Assembly: GCA_030524285.1 (NCBI GenBank)
Contig: JAUNGQ010000009.1
Span: forward strand, 458 to 64,457
Reading direction: 5' to 3'
Length of the DNA stretch: 64,000 bases
Source: Eubacteriales bacterium
GTDB taxonomy: Bacteria; Bacillota; Clostridia; Oscillospirales; Butyricicoccaceae
The notes under the pieces were generated by a model. That model saw only the letters and a list, made by a program, of their open reading frames with translations, made no database searches and had not been told where the DNA came from. Position numbers and translations under genes: made by a program. Below, piece by piece: positions 9,640 to 18,102 of this stretch. Each line of letters opens with the position of its first letter. The stretch's first letter is position 1.

Positions 9640-10666
9640 ATATTTGCAGGATATGGATTCCCTGCATTATACACAGGAACAGAAAAACCAGCTGGCTTCT
9701 GCTGCGATCCATGCAGCAGAGTTGGAAGAACAACAGCACAACAGAATGCACCGTCCGGTTCGTCGAATGGTACTGGTAATAGCAGCAGCGCTTGCCATTT
9801 TAATCGGTACAGCCTCCGCAACTGGAACACTGAAAAACCTTGCGGAAATTTTCTCTCCGGTTTTAGGCAGCAGTGAAGACCAGATTGAAATTATGGGCGC
9901 TATGGGGCAACCGATTGGTGTATCCGATACGGATAACGGTATTACAATCACAGCAGACGGTGTGATTGGTGACAAATACAATGCCTGCATTGTATATACC
10001 ATTTCATGGGATGAGGAAAATACGATTCCTCTGCCGGACAATTGGCAGCAAAACGCGGACACTTATATGATGTTTGAATTTGACGACATAAACCTGCGTG
10101 ATACACAAGGTTCCTCATTTGGAACAGCATGGTTTACGGACAATGATCCGACAGACAATGCGATTCAATACTGTCGAACCATTTCCGGTGATGCGGAACT
10201 GCTTCTCGGTAAGGTGACTGCTACCTTTGAAAACCTACAATATAGATCGACAGATATTTCTGAACCTGATACTATTTTTGAAGGTGATTGGGAGCTTCAA
10301 TTTGATATCAATTATGAAGATTCCTCTATTTCTCTGGATAGTGAAAAGGTTTTTCCTTACAAAGGAACGCACGTAACAATTTCAAATGCCATCATATCCC
10401 CCATCGGCGTTCATATTGAAATCAAAGTCGATACTCCCAGCTGGGACAGCGAAGATCTGAACAATATTCCTTTAAAGCTGACGAAAACCGATGGTACTGT
10501 GCTGGATCTGACACAAAAATGCGGATATTATTGCTGGACATCAGACGATCTTATTGAATTTATCATGGGCAAGGGCGGCACCTTTGACGAAATCATCCCA
10601 CTGGATGAAATCGAGAGTGTCACGGTAGGAAATGTAACCTACCCGGTTCCACATACCGCATCCTAA
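9620..10666 (+). CDS. Membrane-anchored anti-sigma factor (DUF4179-like)
   Basis: Overlaps the ECF stop; single TM (MVLVIAAALAILIGTASA); acidic beta-rich extracellular domain with IGVSDTDNGITITADGVIGD. Confidence 0.75.
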   Translation: MKKRLNEYLQDMDSLHYTQEQKNQLASAAIHAAELEEQQHNRMHRPVRRMVLVIAAALAILIGTASATGTLKNLAEIFSPVLGSSEDQIEIMGAMGQPIGVSDTDNGITITADGVIGDKYNACIVYTISWDEENTIPLPDNWQQNADTYMMFEFDDINLRDTQGSSFGTAWFTDNDPTDNAIQYCRTISGDAELLLGKVTATFENLQYRSTDISEPDTIFEGDWELQFDINYEDSSISLDSEKVFPYKGTHVTISNAIISPIGVHIEIKVDTPSWDSEDLNNIPLKLTKTDGTVLDLTQKCGYYCWTSDDLIEFIMGKGGTFDEIIPLDEIESVTVGNVTYPVPHTAS

Positions 10667-10682
10667 TTGTACCTAAATTCCC

Positions 10683-10713
10683 GCACCGCAGGCTTTTCCC
10701 CTGCGGTGCATTC
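10683..10713. terminator. Intrinsic terminator
   Basis: GCACCGCAGG...CCTGCGGTGC hairpin between convergent genes. Confidence 0.7.
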
Positions 10714-11817
10714 TTATTTTAAACCCTTTTGTTTTTCCCTTGTACGAACGCTATTGCGCAATAAGGTATACAAAATTGTCGTTGTCGGCACGCCGAACAG
10801 CATACCCACAATTCCGCCGATTTTTCCGCCGACAGTAATTGCCAACAGCACCCAGATTCCCGGCAAGCCAATCTTTCCGCCAACCACACGCGGATAAATG
10901 ACGTTGTTTTCCACCTGCTGTAAAATCACAAAGAATACCAGAAAAATCAATGCCTTCATCGGTGAAACCATAAACAACAGGACAACTGCCACCGCACCGC
11001 CAATATATGCGCCCAAGATCGGAATCAATGCTGTAATTGCCACAACCATACTGACCATACCGGCATAATCCAGCCGCAGGATAAACATACCGACAAAACA
11101 TAGTCCACCCAAAATTACAGCTTCGATGCTCTGTCCGATCACATAGTTTTTAAAGGATTCCACAATAATTTTCAATACATACCGTACATGCCCGTAAATG
11201 TCTGTGGATAGATATGCTTTCAAAATACGGTTCATTTGCAACAAAATGCGCCGTTTTCCTGCCAGCAAATACGCTGAAAATGCAATTGCAATCGCAAATG
11301 TTGCCAGTGAACTGAGCATGGTTCCCGTCACCGATAAAATTTTCGGTACAACAGCATTATCAAATCGTCCCAAGCCTGCCTGTACAATGTTCATCACACT
11401 GCTCAAATCAATTTCCGCCAAATGGAGCTGTTGTGTTAATGTATCCAGCTCTAATTGCAGATTTTTCAGATAGTATTCCACATTTTGTGCAAAAAGTTGT
11501 ATACTGCTGATTAGCTGTGGAATAACAACGCCGACAACTGCCGCAAAAATGAGTACAATCAATAAATATGCAGATAAAATTGCCAGCACATGCGCCGATT
11601 TGGGTTTTATCTTAAGACGTCTGATATACAATTTTCGAAACAGCTCATACGGCTGGCTCAAGATAAATGCAATCACCACTCCCAGTAAAAATGGGCGGAA
11701 TAATTCAAACAATCCGGAAATCCCCTGAATAATTGTCCTGCTGTATAGCAGCAGCGCCAAAAACACGACGATTCCAATTAGCCATGCAAAGCTCTGTCTG
11801 CGCTTGTTATTCTCCAT
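10714..11817 (-). CDS. AI-2E (PerM) family transporter
   Basis: IPILGAYIG, QQVENNVIYPRVVG and GGIVGMLFGVP motifs. Confidence 0.92.
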   Translation of the reverse strand: MENNKRRQSFAWLIGIVVFLALLLYSRTIIQGISGLFELFRPFLLGVVIAFILSQPYELFRKLYIRRLKIKPKSAHVLAILSAYLLIVLIFAAVVGVVIPQLISSIQLFAQNVEYYLKNLQLELDTLTQQLHLAEIDLSSVMNIVQAGLGRFDNAVVPKILSVTGTMLSSLATFAIAIAFSAYLLAGKRRILLQMNRILKAYLSTDIYGHVRYVLKIIVESFKNYVIGQSIEAVILGGLCFVGMFILRLDYAGMVSMVVAITALIPILGAYIGGAVAVVLLFMVSPMKALIFLVFFVILQQVENNVIYPRVVGGKIGLPGIWVLLAITVGGKIGGIVGMLFGVPTTTILYTLLRNSVRTREKQKGLK

Positions 11818-11924
11818 ATCGTCACATCCCGGAATTTCAATTCACTATTATTTTGTGCGGATTTTTTGGAAAATATAACTGCGCAAAGCAAAAGCCTCCA
11901 CATGGGAGGCTTTCATTCTATACT

Positions 11925-12683
11925 TCATAGCCGCTTATCCTGTTCAATCAATGTTTCCATCGCTTTTATCGCAGCACAAATGCCGCGTTCTGCTGCATTT
12001 TCTGGTACATCCGGCTGTTCATTGTCATCATTCCACAGCACATTGAGCACAGCGCCACAGCGCACATGTAGAACTGCACCCGCTGTAAACAATGCAGCAG
12101 ATTCCATTTCACTCGCCAGCACACCAGCTTCTGTCCATGCGATCCATTGTGCCTGTAGCTGTTGTGCAATCGGCATAACCTGCGGACGGATTTCACCATA
12201 AAAGCTGTCTTTAGATTGAATAACGCCGACATGGGTGCAATAGCCCAATGCTTCACATGAATCTGCGAGTGCACGCACAATTGGATAGCTTGCGGCTGCC
12301 GGATATTCCAGCGGCATGTATTCTCTTGACGTCCCCTCCTGCCGGACTGCTGCTGTCGCTACAACAACATCGCCGCCCTTTACATCGGTATCGATACCAC
12401 CGCACGTGCCAACGCGGATAAATGTATCCGCACCACACTCTACCAGCTCTTCCAAGGCAATTGCAGCAGATGGCCCACCAATACCGGTAGAGCACACCGT
12501 AACGGTTTCCCCATGTAGTTTACCAGTCCAAACATTGTATTCCCGGTTGGCAGAAACAGGATGCGCTTCATCCAAAAATGCCGCAATCGCGGCACAACGT
12601 CCCGGATCGCCCGGAAGAATAGCATACCGTCCGACGTCCTCTGCCGTACATTGTAAATGCATTTGCTTTCCATGGATCAACAT
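11925..12683 (-). CDS. udp: Uridine phosphorylase
   Basis: PGDPGR, STGIGGPS, IRVGTCGG and EMESAAL motifs. Confidence 0.88.
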   Translation of the reverse strand: MLIHGKQMHLQCTAEDVGRYAILPGDPGRCAAIAAFLDEAHPVSANREYNVWTGKLHGETVTVCSTGIGGPSAAIALEELVECGADTFIRVGTCGGIDTDVKGGDVVVATAAVRQEGTSREYMPLEYPAAASYPIVRALADSCEALGYCTHVGVIQSKDSFYGEIRPQVMPIAQQLQAQWIAWTEAGVLASEMESAALFTAGAVLHVRCGAVLNVLWNDDNEQPDVPENAAERGICAAIKAMETLIEQDKRL

Positions 12684-12686
12684 CAA

Positions 12687-12887
12687 TTATCCCCTGCTTT
12701 CTGTCCCATCTATATGCAGAATATTGCGGATATTTTTCTCAGCCTTACTGCGCGGAATCATAATCATATGTCCGCATCCCTTACATTTCAAACGAAAATC
12801 CATGCCAACCCGCAGCACTTCCCATTCTTTGCTGCCGCATGGATGTGCTTTTTTCATTGTCAATACATCGCCCAGACGAATATCCAT
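12687..12887 (-). CDS. DUF951 family protein
   Basis: KKAHPCGS...WEVLRVGMDFRLKCKGCGH. Confidence 0.9.
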   Translation of the reverse strand: MDIRLGDVLTMKKAHPCGSKEWEVLRVGMDFRLKCKGCGHMIMIPRSKAEKNIRNILHIDGTESRG

Positions 12888-12968
12888 TTCCATATCCTCC
12901 TTGATCTCGTTACCCTTAGTGTATCATACCTCCCCCAAAAGACCAAGCAAAAATATTCCATTCCCAGC

Positions 12969-12996
12969 CATAATTTCACTCTTTCCCGCATATAGT
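12969..12996 (+). promoter_or_regulatory. Putative sigmaE/sigmaK-type sporulation promoter
   Basis: cATA-16 bp-CATATAGT upstream of the S1 gene. Confidence 0.5.
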
Positions 12997-13075
12997 CAAA
13001 GCAGGCGGGTAAAGGCGCAGTGAATCATCAGATTGCGCCTCAAAAACTACGGACTTTTGAGAACGGAGGGAACAA

Positions 13076-13999
13076 ATGCATCCAAATTATAAACCGGAAA
13101 GTCTGAAAACAACCATTCCCCATCGGGAAGAAATTTATACAGCCCTACAGGATGGCAGTATTCTGGAAGCCACTGCGGTACGTTGTGATGCACAGCATAA
13201 TTTAATTGTCCATCTGGATGGCATGACTGGAATCATTCCACGTGAGGAATGCGCTCTGGGCATCGATACCGGACAGACACGCGAAATTGCGATTTTATCC
13301 CGTGTCGGTAAGCCGGTATGCTTTCAGGTACAACGTATTGAAAATAACGTTGCATATCTTTCCCGCCGCGCGGCACAGCAAAAAGCATTGCAGCATCTGC
13401 TGACAGAACATCATCCAGGTGATATTATTTCTGTACGTGTCACACATTTGGAGCCGTTTGGCGCATTTGTCGATGTCGGCTGCGGTATTGTATCGCTGAT
13501 TGGTATTGAAAACCTCTCCGTCAGTCGGATTTTCCATCCCTCTGACCGTGTAAGTATTGGCCAGCTGCTTCATGCTGTTATTTCCAGCCTGGATGCAGAA
13601 ACCGGACGAATCTGTCTGACGCACCGTGAGCTTTTAGGCTCATGGGAAGAAAACGCGGCGCAATTTACTCCAGGTGAAACGGTATGCGGTATTGTCCGAA
13701 GTGTGGAGGACTACGGTGTTTTTGTCGAGCTTACGCCAAACCTTTCCGGTCTGGCAGAGCAGCGTTTTCCGGTTACGCCCGGTGAAACCGTATCCTGTTA
13801 CATCAAATCCATCCTGCCGGAGCGTATGAAGATCAAGCTGAATCTCATTGACCACATCGGGCAGGTACCGGCTGTACCGCCTCCTTTATCGTATTTTATT
13901 GAAAGCGGGCATATTTCCCGCTGGCAGTATTCGCCGGAGGTATGTACAACCCGGCTGGTACAGACAGAATTTGACCAGCCAACCATCGAAGATTTTTAA
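13076..13999 (+). CDS. Multi-S1 RNA-binding domain protein
   Basis: Repeated S1 motifs: VRVTHLEPFGAFVDVG and GIVRSVEDYGVFVEL. Confidence 0.85.
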   Translation: MHPNYKPESLKTTIPHREEIYTALQDGSILEATAVRCDAQHNLIVHLDGMTGIIPREECALGIDTGQTREIAILSRVGKPVCFQVQRIENNVAYLSRRAAQQKALQHLLTEHHPGDIISVRVTHLEPFGAFVDVGCGIVSLIGIENLSVSRIFHPSDRVSIGQLLHAVISSLDAETGRICLTHRELLGSWEENAAQFTPGETVCGIVRSVEDYGVFVELTPNLSGLAEQRFPVTPGETVSCYIKSILPERMKIKLNLIDHIGQVPAVPPPLSYFIESGHISRWQYSPEVCTTRLVQTEFDQPTIEDF

Positions 14000-14014
14000 T
14001 TTCCAATAAAACAG

Positions 14015-14060
14015 ACAATCGGATTACCACTGCATAAAGCAATGGAATCCGATTGTTTTT
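14015..14060. terminator. Intrinsic terminator (likely bidirectional)
   Basis: ACAATCGGATT...AATCCGATTGT followed by a T run. Confidence 0.8.
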
Positions 14061-14125
14061 CTTGTTATGTTCCGCAGACCAACCCTGGCGATGATATTGA
14101 TTTACTTTACAGCTTTATGTCAAAA

Positions 14126-14236
14126 GCCTCCCTCATAGGAGGGAGTTGATCTTTCCCCTGTTGAGCGAAAGCACTATGATACTCTCTACTCCCTCAGTCT
14201 GCCCTGCGGGCAGCCAGCTCCCTCGAAGAGGGAGCC
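14126..14236. repeat. REP-like GC-rich palindromic element (inverted pair)
   Basis: ACTCCCTCAGTC-hairpin-CAGCTCCCTCGAAGAGGGAGCC (14188-14236) with an inverted half copy at 14126-14146; similar to 44027-44078. Confidence 0.75.
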
Positions 14237-14257
14237 TAAGCTTGTACGTGTCTCTTT

Positions 14258-14335
14258 TTTGTCCCTGTTTTACAACCGATTATACCACAACCTTCTAATA
14301 AAATCAATAGTATAAGTATCTAAAACAGGGACAAA
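14258..14335. promoter_or_regulatory. 15 bp perfect inverted repeats flanking a minus-strand sigmaA promoter
   Basis: TTTGTCCCTGTTTTA (14258-14272) and TAAAACAGGGACAAA (14321-14335) enclose TTGATT-17-TATAAT with extended TG (14307-14279). Confidence 0.7.
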
Positions 14336-14354
14336 TTATAAATGAGGAATCGTT

Positions 14355-14609
14355 ATGGCAACACCAAGACCGCGTACAGGTGACGGAGAGAAAAATCTAA
14401 TCAGCAGGCAGCTGATTGCTTTGCGCAAACAGCATCATATATCACAGCGTGAACTGGCACATAAAATGCAGCTTGCCGGCTATGATATCGACAAAAATGT
14501 GATTACGCGCATTGAAACCAATCAAAGATATGTCACAGATATTGAAGTCCGTGGCTTTGCACAGCTATTCGGCGTCAGTTATCAGTACCTGATGGATGGC
14601 AAGGACTAA
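14355..14609 (+). CDS. XRE-family HTH regulator
   Basis: LRKQHHISQRELA...ITRIETNQRYVTD...FGVSYQYL; GAGGA RBS. Confidence 0.88.
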   Translation: MATPRPRTGDGEKNLISRQLIALRKQHHISQRELAHKMQLAGYDIDKNVITRIETNQRYVTDIEVRGFAQLFGVSYQYLMDGKD

Positions 14610-14672
14610 AAACCATACAAAAACACCGCATCTGCCAAATTTTGTGACAAATGCGGTGCTATATTTTATCTG

Positions 14673-16631
14673 TTAGAATTTAAAGATTGCTACACCATAG
14701 CCTGGGAGCGGATATGCAAACGAGCAGGGCTGTCCATCGCATTCGGATACAACGGAGTTGTAAACCTTCGGTGTGGTGTCAGCCGGGCCGCCGATTTCCG
14801 GTGCATTCGTGCTAAAGATCTTGGTAAAGCGCTTTTTCTTCGGCACGCCGACACGGTAATCTGGACGATCTACCGGTGTAAAGTTGATAACAAACAGCAG
14901 ATTATTGCGTCTGGTTGGCGAGTAGCGGATGAAACTGAAAATACTGCGGTCACCGTCATTTGCATTGACCCACTGGAAGCCATCCCATGTATCATCCATA
15001 CCATACATAGCCGGATATTTCTTGTACAGTGCAAGCAGTTGACCGACATACTCCTTCAAATCAACATGCTTTTGATCCAACAGGCATCCCCAGTCCAGCT
15101 CACGTGCTTCGCTCCATTCACGCCGCTGACCGAACTCCTGTCCCATGAACAGCAGTTTTTTGCCTGGATGACCCATCATAAATGCATAAGCAGCCTTAAG
15201 GTTTGCAAACTTCTGCTCATCATCACCCGGCATCTTTTCGATCATCGAACACTTTAAATGGACAACCTCATCATGCGAAATAACAAGGATATAATTCTCA
15301 CTGTATGCATAAGTCATGGAGAATGTCATCTTGTTGTGGTTATACTTACGGAAGTACGGGTCACACTTCTGGTATTCCAGGAAGTCATTCATCCAGCCCA
15401 TATTCCACTTGAGATCAAAGCCCAGACCGCCATCCATTGGAGAACCGGTAACCATCGGCCACGCAGTCGATTCCTCGGCAATCATAACTGCACCTGGTCT
15501 GCGCTGGTGTACAATAGAATTTAGATGACGGAAGAACTCAATTGCATCCAGATTCTTGTTTTCACCATATTCATTGGCTACCCACTGGCCATCCTGCTTG
15601 CCATAGTCCAAATACAGCATGGAAGCAACCGCATCAATACGCAAGCCATCTACGTGATATTCTGTCAACCAATACAATGCATTTGCAATCAGGAAGTTTT
15701 TCACCTCATTGCGCCCAAAGTCAAATATTTTAGTCCCCCAGTCGGGATGTTCACCCTTCTTCGGATCACCATATTCATACAGCGGATAACCATCGAAATT
15801 TGCCAGACCATGCTCATCACGCGGGAAGTGTGCCGGAACCCAATCCAGAATAACACCAATTTTATTTTTATGCAGATAATTGATGAAATACATGAAATCC
15901 TTTGGAGATCCATAACGGGAAGTCGGCGCATAATAGCCTGTAACCTGATAGCCCCATGAGCCATCGAACGGATGCTCTGCAACGCCGATCAGCTCTACAT
16001 GGGTATATCCCATTTCCTTGAGATACTTTACCAGTTCAGGCGCCAGCTCACGGAAGTTGTAATAACCGGGATCATCCTCATCTTCCGGTTCATGTTTCTT
16101 CCAGGAGCCTGGATGCATCTCATAAATCGACATCGCTTCCTTCTTGAAATTGAAGTCCCTGCGGCTTTCCATCCAGCGGGCATCTGACCACTTGAAGCTG
16201 TCAATGGATGCAATTTTTGACGCTGTGCCCGGGCGCAACTCTGCGCTGAAGCCATACGGATCACATTTCAATACGGTCTTGCCTTCCTGCCCGGTTACTG
16301 CATATTTATATAGTGCGCCTTCTTTTAAGCCCGGTACAAACAGCTCATAAATACCAAGCGGCTCCAGCCGTTTCATTTGTGTTGCTTCCGTATCCCATTC
16401 ATTGAAATCGCCAACAAGATATACACTCTTTGCATTTGGTGCCCATACTGCAAAATATACGCCCTTTTTGCCATTTTTCACAGCAGCATGTGCGCCCATT
16501 TTCTTATAAATTTCATAATGTACACCTTGTCCAAACAAATACTGGTCAAATTCTGTAATGAATGGCGTGGCAATCGGAGCCTTTGGTTTTCTCGGCACAG
16601 AACGGCGCCGTGTCACTTTTTTCTTCTCCAT
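14673..16631 (-). CDS. glgB: 1,4-alpha-glucan branching enzyme
   Basis: FAVWAPNA, WGYQVTGY, DWVPAHF, GLRIDAVASMLY, AEESTAW and SHDEVVH. Confidence 0.97.
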   Translation of the reverse strand: MEKKKVTRRRSVPRKPKAPIATPFITEFDQYLFGQGVHYEIYKKMGAHAAVKNGKKGVYFAVWAPNAKSVYLVGDFNEWDTEATQMKRLEPLGIYELFVPGLKEGALYKYAVTGQEGKTVLKCDPYGFSAELRPGTASKIASIDSFKWSDARWMESRRDFNFKKEAMSIYEMHPGSWKKHEPEDEDDPGYYNFRELAPELVKYLKEMGYTHVELIGVAEHPFDGSWGYQVTGYYAPTSRYGSPKDFMYFINYLHKNKIGVILDWVPAHFPRDEHGLANFDGYPLYEYGDPKKGEHPDWGTKIFDFGRNEVKNFLIANALYWLTEYHVDGLRIDAVASMLYLDYGKQDGQWVANEYGENKNLDAIEFFRHLNSIVHQRRPGAVMIAEESTAWPMVTGSPMDGGLGFDLKWNMGWMNDFLEYQKCDPYFRKYNHNKMTFSMTYAYSENYILVISHDEVVHLKCSMIEKMPGDDEQKFANLKAAYAFMMGHPGKKLLFMGQEFGQRREWSEARELDWGCLLDQKHVDLKEYVGQLLALYKKYPAMYGMDDTWDGFQWVNANDGDRSIFSFIRYSPTRRNNLLFVINFTPVDRPDYRVGVPKKKRFTKIFSTNAPEIGGPADTTPKVYNSVVSECDGQPCSFAYPLPGYGVAIFKF

Positions 16632-16913
16632 TTCGCATTCTCCTTATCTCAGGCAGATGTATGAATATGAAATGATACACATTTTTTCGATAAATCAATT
16701 ACATCTGTTCGCATTGTTATTTCTATTATAATATGATTCTTCCAGTTTGTAAATTATAAACAAAGGATTTTTAAAAACAGCTCACAAAATCATACATATC
16801 TTCTCATAACAATATAAAAAATACTGTCATTTTCTGCGTTCAAAAAATTTATCTTTCCTTTTTTTAAAATTTGCGGTATGCTGATTATATCTTAAAATAA
16901 AGAAGGAGTTTTT

Positions 16914-17351
16914 ATGAATCCAGTTTATTCCTACAATCACCGTATTCAATATTATGAAACCGATGGTATGCGTATTGTGCATCATTCCAACTATATCCGC
17001 TGGATGGAGGAAGCCCGCATTGCTTTTATGGAAGATGTCGGTTATGGCTACCAGCAGATGGAGCAGGATGGTGTTTCCATTCCTGTCCTGTCTGTCAGCT
17101 GCGAGTATAAAACGATGATGCGTTTTGGTCAAACCTGCCGCATTGATGTCCGCATTACTAGGCTGACACCAGTACGCATGGCACTTTCTTATGAATTTTA
17201 CGATGCTACAACCAGTACGCTGTGCGGTACCGCTACCTCCGGACACTGCTTTATCGGTCAAAACGGACGCCCGCTATCTCTGAAAAAACATCTGCCAGAG
17301 GTATTTGAATTATACCATAGACTTGTCTGGAAGCCGGAGGAAACTGAATAA
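16914..17351 (+). CDS. Acyl-CoA thioesterase (YbgC/FadM hot-dog fold)
   Basis: YYETDGMRIVHHSNYIRWMEEAR. Confidence 0.9.
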   Translation: MNPVYSYNHRIQYYETDGMRIVHHSNYIRWMEEARIAFMEDVGYGYQQMEQDGVSIPVLSVSCEYKTMMRFGQTCRIDVRITRLTPVRMALSYEFYDATTSTLCGTATSGHCFIGQNGRPLSLKKHLPEVFELYHRLVWKPEETE

Positions 17352-17359
17352 AATAGAAA

Positions 17360-17403
17360 AAATGCCGTTTATTCAAGATTTCACGTATGAATAAGCGGCA
17401 TTT
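17360..17403. terminator. Bidirectional terminator
   Basis: AATGCCGTTTATTCA...TGAATAAGCGGCATT between convergent genes. Confidence 0.75.
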
Positions 17404-17409
17404 CTGCAT

Positions 17410-18102
17410 TTATACTTGTTTTCTCTGCTGTCTCAGCTGCTGGATTCGCTCCCGATCAATTCCCTTTACACGCCGCGAATCCATAATCTTCTGAAGCGCC
17501 ATATGCTCAGTCTCAGCATCCAGCGGCATATGCTGCAGCCAGTTCCATGTGAGCTCTGCATCCCGAATATAACACACAGAAGCAGCCCAGGCAACTGCCA
17601 TTTTAACGTAATAACCGGTATGGATAATTTGTTCGAGCTGTTCCAGCACCTTTGGTAACCATTCATCATGTGCAAAATGAGCCAGCAGCATGACAACGCC
17701 AAACCGTATCTCAAATTCCTGTTCACTGTGCAGATACGGCAGGAGGAAATCCCAATATATCTCCGGCTTTTTCTTTGCTTCCTTCAGACCGCAGCAAAAA
17801 CTGTCACAGACGGACCAGTTATCAATCAATGGAAGAAAGTCGCGGATTTTCTGCAAACGCTGCTCTGTTGAACACTTCATGCAGCCAATCACCATACCTC
17901 GCAGCATGATTTCCTCAAACAGTTCGCCGCATGGTTCTGTAAAATATGTATCGTAATCTTTTGCAATTTCCTTCGCCAGCGCACGCAGCTTTGGCAAACG
18001 AACACCAAGCATGGTTCCACATCCCGGAACCAGCGCCGCAGAAAAGTCACGATAGCTTCCTTCTGCCAGCGCATACAATTGTTCTCGAATGTTTTCTTTC
18101 AT
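17410..18102 (-). CDS. AlkD-like DNA alkylation repair protein (HEAT-like repeats)
   Basis: LGVRLPKLRALAKE, IDNWSVCDSFC, EFEIRFG and YYVKMAVAWA. Confidence 0.85.
   Translation of the reverse strand: MKENIREQLYALAEGSYRDFSAALVPGCGTMLGVRLPKLRALAKEIAKDYDTYFTEPCGELFEEIMLRGMVIGCMKCSTEQRLQKIRDFLPLIDNWSVCDSFCCGLKEAKKKPEIYWDFLLPYLHSEQEFEIRFGVVMLLAHFAHDEWLPKVLEQLEQIIHTGYYVKMAVAWAASVCYIRDAELTWNWLQHMPLDAETEHMALQKIMDSRRVKGIDRERIQQLRQQRKQV

Noticed and set aside
14126-14236. Possible CRISPR repeat
   Set aside because: No regularly spaced direct repeats and no cas genes; treated as REP-like.
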